In this document: positions 42,817 to 51,738 of the stretch, in pieces
How the letters are laid out: each line of letters begins with the position of its first letter
How positions within the stretch are numbered: position 1 is the stretch's first letter
Source: Nitrospirota bacterium
Lineage (GTDB): Bacteria > Nitrospirota > UBA9217
DNA length: 64,000 nucleotides
Reading direction: 5' to 3'
NCBI GenBank assembly: GCA_963663225.1
Contig: OY760142.1
Coordinates: forward strand, 736,001 to 800,000
Position numbers and translations under genes: made by a program
Notes under the pieces: generated by a model
Database searches by the model: none
The model's input: the letters and a program-made list of their open reading frames with translations, nothing else
What the model was told of the DNA's origin: nothing

Positions 42817-44193
42817 TCATTCATAGACGATAGTGGGTGTTATAAAAACCATGATCTCGTCCTGCGTCTCCGTCTTGCTTACCTCTTTGAACAGCCAGCC
42901 GAGCACGGGAATTTTCGACAAGAATGGAACGCTGGCCTCTGACTGCGATTCGTTCTTGGTAAGAATTCCGCCGAGCACGACTGTCTCACCGTTGTTCACG
43001 ACCAGCTGCGCGTCAGCAGAGCGTTTTATTATGGTCGGGAGGCCGTCCACCGTCTGCGAATAATTTGGTTCTGATTTTTCGATTTTAATGATCATCGCAA
43101 TCCGGTCGTCGTTCGTAATCGTCGGCGTCGCCGACAGGGCAAGGTTGGCGGATATGGTCTGCACCGCCACGGTGTTCGTGCTGGTGACCGCTGTGGCACT
43201 CACGATTTTAATGGGAATATCGGTGCCGCTCGATATTTTTGCTTCCTTATTGTTCATGGTCAGCACCTTCGGGCTTGAAAGTATTTTGCCGTTGCCCGTG
43301 GTCTGCATGGCGGACAGCTGAAGGTCGAGCGCAAGTTTCCCGCCCATCAGCCTGGTGAAGGTAAGACCGAGTGCTCCGCCCGCGCCTGCCGCCACTGCGG
43401 CTGGAAGATTCACAACATAGGCATTGCCGCTTCTGCCGATATCGCCAAGCTGGGGATAGAACGTCGTGTTGCCGATTGCGGGTATCGTGGTGGTCGAGGA
43501 AGTGCCGCTGCTTGAACTGCTCGTGACGCCCGTGGCCCCTCCGGACACGATCGTATTTCCGCCCGTGTATTGCCCGCCCCATTGTACGCCGAGGTCTCTG
43601 GCATAGTTGCTGGACACTTCTACGATCTTAGCCTCGATCAGCACCTGCGGAATGCGCCTGTCGAGGTTCTTCAGGAGACGCTCCATCCGGTCAATGTTGA
43701 GCGACAGGTCCTTGACCACCAGAGAATTGGTCCGCGTGTCCACGGACACTTTTGCCTTGTCGCTCTTCACTTTTTCCGCCACCGCAAGCGCTTCTTTGCC
43801 GTTTGCGTATCCCAAAGGGAAAACGCGCAGCTCGAGGTCCTCATCGCGCGCTTCGGCGGCCGCAAGCACGCGCACGATTTTTCCTTCCCGGACATAGGTG
43901 AGGCCCTTGGTCTTGAGTATCCCCTCAAGGGCGTCCCAGATGTTCACGTCCTTGAGGCTCATGGAAACCTGTCCGATTACCGCGTCACTGACGATCAGGT
44001 TCATGTTTGCCGCCTGCCCGACGGCCCTGAGTACATCCTTGATGCTGGCGTCACGAAACTCCATGGAAAAGAGAGGCCCTGATTTTGCCGTTTCAATTGC
44101 CCCGGCATTTGCTGCGCCGTTCGCGGCGACCCAAACCAGCGCCCAGACGCAGGCAGCAATGCGGATGCTCAGTTTAAGCGAATAGGAACGCAT
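42817..44193 (-). CDS. pilQ: Type IV pilus secretin (PilQ-like, compact)
   Basis: Signal peptide; SMEFRDASIKDVL N0 domain; QVLIEAKIVEV; VPFLSKIPVLGWLF; VFITP. Confidence 0.92.
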   Translation of the reverse strand: MRSYSLKLSIRIAACVWALVWVAANGAANAGAIETAKSGPLFSMEFRDASIKDVLRAVGQAANMNLIVSDAVIGQVSMSLKDVNIWDALEGILKTKGLTYVREGKIVRVLAAAEARDEDLELRVFPLGYANGKEALAVAEKVKSDKAKVSVDTRTNSLVVKDLSLNIDRMERLLKNLDRRIPQVLIEAKIVEVSSNYARDLGVQWGGQYTGGNTIVSGGATGVTSSSSSGTSSTTTIPAIGNTTFYPQLGDIGRSGNAYVVNLPAAVAAGAGGALGLTFTRLMGGKLALDLQLSAMQTTGNGKILSSPKVLTMNNKEAKISSGTDIPIKIVSATAVTSTNTVAVQTISANLALSATPTITNDDRIAMIIKIEKSEPNYSQTVDGLPTIIKRSADAQLVVNNGETVVLGGILTKNESQSEASVPFLSKIPVLGWLFKEVSKTETQDEIMVFITPTIVYE

Positions 44194-44205
44194 CGATATT
44201 TCCTC

Positions 44206-44667
44206 CTACTTTCGGAACGAAAAATCCTCCAGAAAAACTTCTTCGCGGGTGCCCGCACGGTTCATGAGCACAATGCTTCGGCTGCGGATGCTTATTAGTT
44301 TTTGTTCGCCGATTACACTGCCCTCTTTGTACGCTTCTCCGTTGATAATGGCGAGGCGCACCGTACCGCCGGAAATGATGCCGCTCAGTCCGCCTTCTCG
44401 TCCTCGGTCTGCAGACGGTGCAGCCGACTGCGTCTTCCCGGCAAAGGGTCTGTTAAACGGGTCCCTGCCCCAGTCCGCATCCTGAGAAGCTGCTTCCTGC
44501 GCTGCCGACCTCGGACCGGCGGTAAAAAATGGATCCCGCTCCGCGTCCGCCGCTTTTGCCAAGGCTGGAAGCAAGCAGTCCAGCAGAAGCAGGGCCACCA
44601 GCACCAGCATGGTGCCTATCATGCTGGTGCTGTGGAATCGGATCCTATGGGCAAAGAATAGTTGCAT
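44206..44667 (-). CDS. PilP/MshK-like periplasmic pilus assembly protein
   Basis: Two RDPF motifs, LSGII...AIING; between pilO and secretin. Confidence 0.7.
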   Translation of the reverse strand: MQLFFAHRIRFHSTSMIGTMLVLVALLLLDCLLPALAKAADAERDPFFTAGPRSAAQEAASQDADWGRDPFNRPFAGKTQSAAPSADRGREGGLSGIISGGTVRLAIINGEAYKEGSVIGEQKLISIRSRSIVLMNRAGTREEVFLEDFSFRK

Positions 44668-44722
44668 TTTGTCCTGTGTTTTTGCAGGCTAAAACGGAGC
44701 CTTTTTTTCCCGTCGTGTTGTG

Positions 44723-45298
44723 CTACTTCGCCATGTACGTTACCGCTTCAAGCTGCGTAGCGCATGCGGATGATGAGTCCGGACACGCCTCAACCCGGAT
44801 TTTACGTATATTCACGATCTGCGAAAGGTTCTCAAGCTGTTTAAAGTAGTGGGCCAGGTCCCGATATCGCCCCTTCAGATCGAGGTTCATGGAAACCTCT
44901 TTATATTTTTCCTTGTCAATCTCCTGGGCGGGATGTACGGAAAGCAGATTTATCCCCTCCCGCTTCGCTTCTGCCGAAATGCCTTCAAGAAACAGGACAA
45001 CCCCTTTCTGATCAACAAGGTCCCAGCCGGCAATCCCCATCTTGGCTCCGGCCTTTATTTCAGCTTCACGGGCCTTCATATCCGCAATCTGCACGGAAAG
45101 AGCGAGTATTTCCTTGTTTGCCGTTTCGATGTTTGCTTTGAGCGTATTCGCATATTTTTCGAGAAGCAGGTACGGCACTTGATACAACAGCGCCCCGACA
45201 AGCACGAAGGCGGTTATGGTCACGATCACGTGCTCGCGCTTTGAAAGCTTCCATCGTCCAGCATCCGCAGCCGCATCTGTACGAGGCTCTGTCATCAC
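44723..45298 (-). CDS. pilO: PilO/GspM-like protein
   Basis: LSKRE plus TM helix plus coiled coil; GRYRDLAHYFKQLE. Confidence 0.82.
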   Translation of the reverse strand: MMTEPRTDAAADAGRWKLSKREHVIVTITAFVLVGALLYQVPYLLLEKYANTLKANIETANKEILALSVQIADMKAREAEIKAGAKMGIAGWDLVDQKGVVLFLEGISAEAKREGINLLSVHPAQEIDKEKYKEVSMNLDLKGRYRDLAHYFKQLENLSQIVNIRKIRVEACPDSSSACATQLEAVTYMAK

Positions 45299-45867
45299 TG
45301 GGTCCCCTTCATTTTTTTAACGCCGCTGACTATTTCAAAACCGATGACTTCCTGCCCCTGGAGCGCGGTTTTTTGCGCGAATATCAGCTGGGGTTTTTCA
45401 AAATAAGGCGACTTCTCCATGGCCTGCATAAATTCGCTGACCGTCCGGTAGGTGAGCGCGCCGCCTCTGATCTTTATTTCAGCTTTGCCGGCGGCACTGC
45501 CTTCGAGATTGTCAAACCACAAACCTCTCGGGACGATAAGGGAAAATTGCTTGAACACTTCCGACCACAGCACCCGCTCGCTCAGAAGATTCTGAATCAG
45601 CCATGCTTTTTCTGGGCTCGTGCCTGCAGGAAGGGCAATGCCGAAATCCTGATACATGAATGCCAGCTGCTGCTGAAGCGTTTGCTTCTTTGCAGCGAGT
45701 GAGCGCTCGCTGGAGCGCAAATCCGATATGTGCTTCGCCTGCCAGCCGAATACCACGAGCCACGCCAGGATAAACAGTCCGGCACCGATGGTTATCCTGC
45801 TGAAGGTCCGCTTTGCCTTTTTCTTCTCAGGAGGCAGCAGATTAATATAATCTTTCTTTCTTTTCAT
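45295..45867 (-). CDS. pilN: PilN-like protein
   Basis: INLLP motif, TM helix, PRGLWF; start set at MKRKKDYINLLP. Confidence 0.88.
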   Translation of the reverse strand: MKRKKDYINLLPPEKKKAKRTFSRITIGAGLFILAWLVVFGWQAKHISDLRSSERSLAAKKQTLQQQLAFMYQDFGIALPAGTSPEKAWLIQNLLSERVLWSEVFKQFSLIVPRGLWFDNLEGSAAGKAEIKIRGGALTYRTVSEFMQAMEKSPYFEKPQLIFAQKTALQGQEVIGFEIVSGVKKMKGTQ

Positions 45868-45970
45868 AATGTACCTATTGCTAAACTCCCGCCGGAAGGA
45901 ACGGCCGCTGCCCGATGACATCAGACGTATTGCTGCACGTATTTGTCCGGTCAACGGAATCGAATCTACA

Positions 45971-46996
45971 TTACACCTTCCGCAATGCCAGCCCGACGGC
46001 GGCTGAAAACCGGGGCGCCAGAGGGCCATATTCTTGCAGCAGATTTTTTCCGGCCGTCAACCCTTCAAAAGGCTGGTCGAGCTCCACTACGCCTTCGAGT
46101 GATTGATGAAAATATTCCCTAAGTCCCTGCATGAGTGAGACGCCGCCGGTAAGAAGAGTATCGTCAACGCGTTGTTCTCTGAAGGTGGTCTTGTAATAAT
46201 CCACCGATCGCCGGATCTCCATGAGCAGGCCATCGAGCACGGTCCTGACTGCTGCAGAGGCCTGATCAGGCTCCGGAAGCGTGAGCATATTCCGCGTACG
46301 CTTCATGTTTTCAGCCTCCTGCAGTCCGATGTCAAGCGCCTCTGATATTGCCTTGCTCATGGCATATCCGCCGGTTTCCAGACAGCGGCTGAACCGGAGG
46401 ACGCCGCCCCTGAAGATATCGATCTCCGTCTTGCCGGCTCCCAAATCCACCACCACCGTGTTCGCATCGGACGGTTTTTCGAGCAGGTGAAAAACATTGC
46501 GGAGCGCAAGCGCATTTGCATCCACCGCACTTACGGTAACGTTCGCTTCCTGCAAAGGAGCAAGATGCGCATGGACCTGGTTTCGTTCGGCAGCCACCAT
46601 AACGATGTCATACTTGAGGCTCGCTCCCTCCCTGCGTTCCCCGACAACCAGGTACTCGACCAGGGCGGTGTCAAGCGGATACGAAATATGCCGTTTTGCC
46701 TCCCATCGCACAGCTTCGCCTAACTCCGAAAGCGGCATCTTAGGCAGCGTGAAAGAGCGGATAGTAAGGTCTCTTCCCGGCATTTGTGTAATGACATAGT
46801 TGCTGCCGATTTTCTTTTCAGCCAGAAAACGCTTGATATGCCCGGCAATGGTTGTGCTGTCCGCCTCAACCGGGAGGTCCATAATTCCCGCGGAGATCAG
46901 CTTTGGGCGCTTGCCGCTCTGCGCCATACGCACCACCTTGATGCTTCCGGCGCCGATATCTATTCCGGTAATTTCATTCGAACTGAAAATTCCCAT
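45971..46996 (-). CDS. pilM: PilM actin-like assembly protein
   Basis: GIDIGAGSIK, VDLGAGKT, LTGGVS, AVGLALR. Confidence 0.93.
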   Translation of the reverse strand: MGIFSSNEITGIDIGAGSIKVVRMAQSGKRPKLISAGIMDLPVEADSTTIAGHIKRFLAEKKIGSNYVITQMPGRDLTIRSFTLPKMPLSELGEAVRWEAKRHISYPLDTALVEYLVVGERREGASLKYDIVMVAAERNQVHAHLAPLQEANVTVSAVDANALALRNVFHLLEKPSDANTVVVDLGAGKTEIDIFRGGVLRFSRCLETGGYAMSKAISEALDIGLQEAENMKRTRNMLTLPEPDQASAAVRTVLDGLLMEIRRSVDYYKTTFREQRVDDTLLTGGVSLMQGLREYFHQSLEGVVELDQPFEGLTAGKNLLQEYGPLAPRFSAAVGLALRKV

Positions 46997-47060
46997 AAAG
47001 AAAACCACCCCTGCAGGGTTCACTGCCGACGAACAAAAGATTCAGTCAATACAACACACA

Positions 47061-47321
47061 TCAGCTTTCTGTTTGCGGTTCATTCGGCGCTTTGCCGCCT
47101 TTTTGCTCTTCTCTCGCCATGTGATAAGCAACCTTATGCTTGAAACCTTGCTGCAGGTATTTCCAAATCAGTTTCACCAGTTCAAAATCCTGTTTGCTGA
47201 ACTCACGAGACTCAAGGTCTCCCATGGGTATCCGCTTTGGCTTGACATACCCTTTTTGCTCAAGATAATAAAGTTTATGCCTCGGGATATGGAGGTTGTT
47301 TATGATTTCAGATGTTTTCAT
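47061..47321 (-). CDS. Small MerR-family HTH protein without effector domain
   Basis: IPRHKLYYLEQKGYVKPKR...REFSKQD...LQQGF; GGAG RBS; TTGACA upstream at 47426-47431. Confidence 0.8.
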   Translation of the reverse strand: MKTSEIINNLHIPRHKLYYLEQKGYVKPKRIPMGDLESREFSKQDFELVKLIWKYLQQGFKHKVAYHMAREEQKGGKAPNEPQTES

Positions 47322-47556
47322 ACTGCTTCTCCATGGATGACTAGTATAAAAATAAGGTTAAATCTAAGTTTAGGTTTATTTTTCTATAGATTATTATATT
47401 GTAAAATATATATTTTTTGCGCTTTTGTCAAGCTATTTTAGCGGAGCCTGATCCAGTAGTATTCAGAGAACCCAACGACAGGAAGCTCCTGACAATGCAG
47501 TGTGAAATCTCCCGGATACAGGAAAAAAAATAAACCGCATGGGTAGGGGAGGATAT

Positions 47557-49344
47557 CTACTGTCTGCTGAAAATTGATATTGAACTGTTGTTGCTCAGGT
47601 GGACAGCCACCATGTCCGTGTCTGCGCGGATCGGTTCGAGTCCTGCCGCGGAGTCAGACTGAGACTGCCAGTTGTACGTGGGATTTGCCGGAGCATTGGA
47701 ATGATAGAGCAGAAGACCGGAAGCATAATCATCATTTGTTATGGATCCCTGCAGATAGATGGGCACCACGTTGGATGAAGGCGTTATCCCTCCTCCGCCG
47801 TATACCAGGCGATCCGTCAAAACATTCCGGTTATACCAGTCATAATTCATGGTCTGCGTTGCCGAGATGACGACATTATTTCCCGCGTCAAACGTTGTCG
47901 ACAGACTGCCGAGTGTTGCAGCTGTTGCCGAAAGATCAACTGTTCCGGTTGAAAGATACGAAAACGAAAGCCCCTGCAGAACCATAATGCTCACCGATCC
48001 GTTTATCGAATTCATTCGGGAAGCCCGTCCGGTGACGGTATAGGTCTGGTTTGCTGCACCGCTGTCGGTTGCGATCAGCAGATACCCGGTCCCTCTCTTG
48101 GCATTGTCCCGGGATTCCAGATCAATATCAAAGGCGTTATAGTTCAGCGATGTTCCCGTGCCGCCGCCTTTTCTCAGAATTAAATCACCGGCATCGATAG
48201 TTCTGCTGTTTGTCGTGGTCTGGTCCAGCTGCACCGCAGCAAGCACGATATTGTTCCCGGCAGGCAGTCCGGTCGCATGGCTCGCCAGGACAGCGCCGCT
48301 GGCATTTGTTGTTAATTGAATATTGCCGTCGCTGTCGTTGCTGCTATAGGAATACGGCACGTTGTTCAAAACTACCATCTTCACCTTTGCGTAAATACGA
48401 TTACTCGCCGTTGCCTGCGCCACCAGATTGTAGGTGGGAGAAGCGGGCGCACCAGTGTGCCGGTACAGGAAAAAATGCGTTTTTTGTGCAAAGATATTGT
48501 CTGTGTCATACAGCGTACCGGCGTTGGTGCTCGGCCCGGTTACGCGTATAAGGCTTTTGGTCGAATCCAGGACCGTGGTGTCGTATCTCAACTGGAGGTT
48601 TCCCGCATTGATATCAGCAGCAGTGTTGGTAACGTTCTGAAACGTCACTATGGCAATAATCAAATTGTTCCCGGCAGCAAGCGTGGTTGCCAAACTGGCG
48701 ATGCTGGTCGTGGCCGTGCTGACTAATGTAAGCGGGCCGTCAAACGATGTTGCCGAGGACGATGGTGACGGAGGAGTTCCCTGAACAGAAGCAGCTGCCG
48801 TCCTTTGAGCCGTTCCAACGTTCCCTGCGGAAAGGATATTGCATTGGCTCTGGCTCACGGACGAGGAAACAGCATGCGTTGCTGCCGTAGTGCCGCCGGC
48901 CCCTCTTTGCACATTGACAAAATTATTGCCCGAAATGCCGCCGTACCACATAGCTTCACTCTCGATAGTGATTCTTCCCTGCGGTGCATACCCCGCTGTA
49001 GAAATCACCGGGATGGTGGCTGAAGTCGCGGTGATGTTTGCGGTAAGAACGGTTGCGGCCGGGGAATAGAGCGTGCTGGTCACGGTAAAAGACCCTCGTC
49101 CCAGAAAGACATTGCTATTTGCGAGTGCGGTGCAGACCGTCCCGCTTTTAAACTGATACAGCGCGAACTCAATCCCCCCTTCGGCCACATCCAAAGCCTG
49201 CGCAGACAGCAGATCATTCGTGGCGGTAACGCTGCTGGTTGTAACCATGGATATAAACATCATGCCCATGAATGCAAGAATGACAATGATGAATACTGCC
49301 GCGATAAGCGAGACGCCGTGCTGATCCTTTATGGTACAGCGCAT
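47557..49344 (-). CDS. Large PilX/MshP-like minor pilin with C-terminal repeat domains, candidate tip adhesin
   Basis: G|VSLIAAVFIIVIL prepilin without Glu5; QALDVAEGGIE PilX motif; Thr/Ser/Asn-rich beta domains. Confidence 0.82.
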   Translation of the reverse strand: MRCTIKDQHGVSLIAAVFIIVILAFMGMMFISMVTTSSVTATNDLLSAQALDVAEGGIEFALYQFKSGTVCTALANSNVFLGRGSFTVTSTLYSPAATVLTANITATSATIPVISTAGYAPQGRITIESEAMWYGGISGNNFVNVQRGAGGTTAATHAVSSSVSQSQCNILSAGNVGTAQRTAAASVQGTPPSPSSSATSFDGPLTLVSTATTSIASLATTLAAGNNLIIAIVTFQNVTNTAADINAGNLQLRYDTTVLDSTKSLIRVTGPSTNAGTLYDTDNIFAQKTHFFLYRHTGAPASPTYNLVAQATASNRIYAKVKMVVLNNVPYSYSSNDSDGNIQLTTNASGAVLASHATGLPAGNNIVLAAVQLDQTTTNSRTIDAGDLILRKGGGTGTSLNYNAFDIDLESRDNAKRGTGYLLIATDSGAANQTYTVTGRASRMNSINGSVSIMVLQGLSFSYLSTGTVDLSATAATLGSLSTTFDAGNNVVISATQTMNYDWYNRNVLTDRLVYGGGGITPSSNVVPIYLQGSITNDDYASGLLLYHSNAPANPTYNWQSQSDSAAGLEPIRADTDMVAVHLSNNSSISIFSRQ

Positions 49345-49354
49345 TCCTGACTCC

Positions 49355-49936
49355 TTACTGCAAATTTCTCGGGTGCACCCGTGTGTGCATGGCAAGGGAC
49401 TCCGTCCCCTGCTGAACAGTCAGATCGACGGCTACAAACCAAAGTGTTGCCGCCGTCGCCGCGGTACTTCCGTCCTGCTGGAGATATGCAAATGTCAGAG
49501 AGGTCACTCCGTTTGCGAGCGGCTGCCACGTGGCTCCATTATCCTCGGTGCGTTCTATGCTGTTCCCGTTGAGACGGAAGCCCATTTGGCTTCCTTGAAG
49601 GTTTATATACTGGAAGTTGTTTGCGGTCATAATCGGAACGTCCGCGGCCGTTCTGCTTCGCAGCAGCCTGATTTCCCGCGTCATGCGCTCCATCGCGAGC
49701 CGTGATTGATAGTGCAGAGCGCTCCGCTGGTCTTCGGCAGCGTATCCCCGTACTCCCTGCAGGATTATCAGAGCGGCTATGCCTGCAATAATAGCGATAA
49801 TCACGATCACAATGACGACCTCGATAAGCGTGAAGCCTTTTGATCTCAGAGGCGTCAAACCGCGCGATAACGCGGGCCGTGGGTCGGAGACCGGAGCTCC
49901 GGACTTGCGGGATTTGCTTCTTTTTACGGTTATCAT
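49355..49936 (-). CDS. Minor pilin (MshO/PilW/GspJ-like)
   Basis: KG|FTLIEVVIVIVI; ERMTREIR motif; HPRN C-terminus. Confidence 0.85.
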   Translation of the reverse strand: MITVKRSKSRKSGAPVSDPRPALSRGLTPLRSKGFTLIEVVIVIVIIAIIAGIAALIILQGVRGYAAEDQRSALHYQSRLAMERMTREIRLLRSRTAADVPIMTANNFQYINLQGSQMGFRLNGNSIERTEDNGATWQPLANGVTSLTFAYLQQDGSTAATAATLWFVAVDLTVQQGTESLAMHTRVHPRNLQ

Positions 49937-49952
49937 AGGCTGATCCGTCACG

Positions 49953-50417
49953 CTAATAGTTTGCCACAATTGATTCTGAAGTAATCGTGCCAATGGCGGC
50001 ATTCGTTACCGACACTGTTATATGCGCGTACCCTGTTGTGCAGGGCGGCGAGCCTACATTCGTGTTCAAATCTCCGGAGGTGACGCAATAAATTGAGACG
50101 GAACGGCTAAATGCCGAAAAACCCGGAACCGTAATAGGATTCTCCGCTGGATAGTTCGCGGGAATTATCCAGGAGAATCCCCGCGCCGTGTTCTGCCGGT
50201 CGCCCATGATGATTTCCATCTTCTCCCTCACAAGAAGATTTGCCTGGGCCACCACGAGCGGATTCGCACCGGTTCGCATACTGTTCGAAAACACCGACAT
50301 CACGCCGATCCCGGCAATGGCAAGAACAACAATCGTGATAATAAGCTCTATGAGGGTGAAACCACCCTCGTTGCTTTCGACATTCCGCAATCTGTATCCC
50401 CTATTCAGAGAATTCAA
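49953..50417 (-). CDS. Minor pilin (MshD/PilV-like)
   Basis: GG|FTLIELIITIVV; HITVSVT; ends ANY. Confidence 0.85.
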   Translation of the reverse strand: MNSLNRGYRLRNVESNEGGFTLIELIITIVVLAIAGIGVMSVFSNSMRTGANPLVVAQANLLVREKMEIIMGDRQNTARGFSWIIPANYPAENPITVPGFSAFSRSVSIYCVTSGDLNTNVGSPPCTTGYAHITVSVTNAAIGTITSESIVANY

Positions 50418-50983
50418 TTCACCGCTCCGGTCTGCGCTGTAACAACAATGGTGCTCACCGCAGTCCCGTTTCCATTTACCACAATGGACATTCCGGCTGC
50501 GGCAGCGGAACAGCTTCCCAGACTGCCGCCGCAGTTGAACGGTCGTCCGAGTGTATCATACTCAAGGCATGTCATAGTAGGCGCTATGGAAATGCCCGCA
50601 AAGCTTCCCGCGTTCAGAGTGACGGTCAAGTTCCCGTATGACGCGGGGTCGGTTAGTGCAGTAAAAGCACTGCAATTCCCAAGGATGCTGCTGTCCTGAA
50701 CAGCGGCATACCCCGCGGCCGGAGCGGTGCCGGTTCCATTAAAGTATACTCTGGTCCGCCTGTTTCTTGCCATGGCAACATCCTGCACGTACCGTACATC
50801 CGCGCGAAACTTATCTGCAAATGCTCCGGCATTGGTGCTGGGTATGGTTCCCAGCCTCGGTGCGGCAAAGAAAGCGATGATTCCGATCAGAACAATGACC
50901 ATGATAAGTTCGATCAGCGTAAAGCCTTCATTCGCGCGTGTATTTCCTTCTGCTTTTATCATAAGCTGGAAATTATTCTTCAC
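50414..50983 (-). CDS. Minor pilin (MshC/FimT/GspH-like)
   Basis: EG|FTLIELIMVIV; DVRYVQDVAM; YDTLGRP; start uncertain (50983 or 50962). Confidence 0.85.
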   Translation of the reverse strand: MKNNFQLMIKAEGNTRANEGFTLIELIMVIVLIGIIAFFAAPRLGTIPSTNAGAFADKFRADVRYVQDVAMARNRRTRVYFNGTGTAPAAGYAAVQDSSILGNCSAFTALTDPASYGNLTVTLNAGSFAGISIAPTMTCLEYDTLGRPFNCGGSLGSCSAAAAGMSIVVNGNGTAVSTIVVTAQTGAVN

Positions 50984-50995
50984 ACGATCGGTGAT

Positions 50996-51033
50996 AAAAA
51001 AACAAAAACCGCCCCATATATTTCAGGGCGGTT
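50996..51033 (-). terminator. Intrinsic terminator after the major pilin gene
   Basis: Minus strand AACCGCCC-loop-GGGCGGTT then TTTGTTTTTTT. Confidence 0.75.
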
Positions 51034-51093
51034 AAAAAACAGTTATAAGATAAGATCGTTCACCTAAATCTCTTTTACCGAGCAGCCCGGCAG

Positions 51094-51543
51094 TTATTGA
51101 CAACCCGTCGTGACGGCAACAATGGTGGGAGAAGCACCGGCCCCAGCTGGCTGCGTATAACTCACCGCGCAGTTTGCTGGAGTTGGAGAGCCATTCAAGG
51201 TAAACGATGACGGTGCACCGGAAACAAAGGTGAAGCCCGACATATTGGATATGGCGTTGTTGATTCCTCCAGTTGCTGATGCAGGGAAGCCATATACCGT
51301 ACTTATCGTTACACCGCCTACCGAGACCGTTCCGGTCGACCGGAGCTCTCCGTTGATGATGGCAGACGCGTTTACTATGGCGGCTGCGCCGTTCACTGTA
51401 CCGAGCATGCCGTTCACGGCTGAAGTGCGGGCGCTGGTCTGCAGGTCAATATACCGTGGAATAGCGACCGCTGCCAGAATGCCAAGAATCACAATGACCA
51501 TGATCAACTCAATCAACGTAAAACCTTTCTGCTTCATTAACAT
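51094..51543 (-). CDS. MshA-like major type IV pilin
   Basis: KG|FTLIELIMVIVILGILAAVAIPRYIDLQTSAR; YGFP motif; C-terminal Cys pair; strong GGGGAGG RBS. Confidence 0.9.
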   Translation of the reverse strand: MLMKQKGFTLIELIMVIVILGILAAVAIPRYIDLQTSARTSAVNGMLGTVNGAAAIVNASAIINGELRSTGTVSVGGVTISTVYGFPASATGGINNAISNMSGFTFVSGAPSSFTLNGSPTPANCAVSYTQPAGAGASPTIVAVTTGCQ

Positions 51544-51677
51544 ATCCCCTCCCCAAAAATTAGTTAAGTACCTGTCAGGTGTTCTTTCGGCAACATCGGG
51601 AATCTACAGCAACCGAAACCGAGACTTCCGACGCATAATAAATTTTTATACAAATCAAACCATCTATAACCTATACG

Positions 51678-51708
51678 ATTGTATCATGATTCCATGATAA
51701 GACAACAA
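51678..51708 (-). promoter_or_regulatory. Putative pilin promoter with a dyad in the spacer
   Basis: TG-n-TACAAT -10; -35 either TTGTCT (N16) or TTGTTG (N19); TATCATG-N4-CATGATA at 51682-51699. Confidence 0.5.
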
Positions 51709-51738
51709 AAAAATAAAGTTTTTGTTTTCTTACCTGTG

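Noticed and set aside
45868-46029. N-terminal extension of PilN overlapping pilM
   Set aside because: The INLLP motif normally lies near the N-terminus, so ATG 45867 fits better
40439-47502. 12-bp direct repeat GACAATGCAGTG at 40439 and 47491
   Set aside because: A 12-mer match is expected by chance in this much sequence; no integrase or att context
51094-51543. Conductive e-pilin hypothesis for either pilin
   Set aside because: Full-length Thr/Gly/Ala-rich pilins with sparse aromatics, unlike short aromatic-dense Geobacter-type pilins
51560-51640. c-di-GMP-I riboswitch upstream of the pilin gene
   Set aside because: GTTGCCGAAAG is reminiscent, but the GGCAAAC...GACGCAAA core is absent
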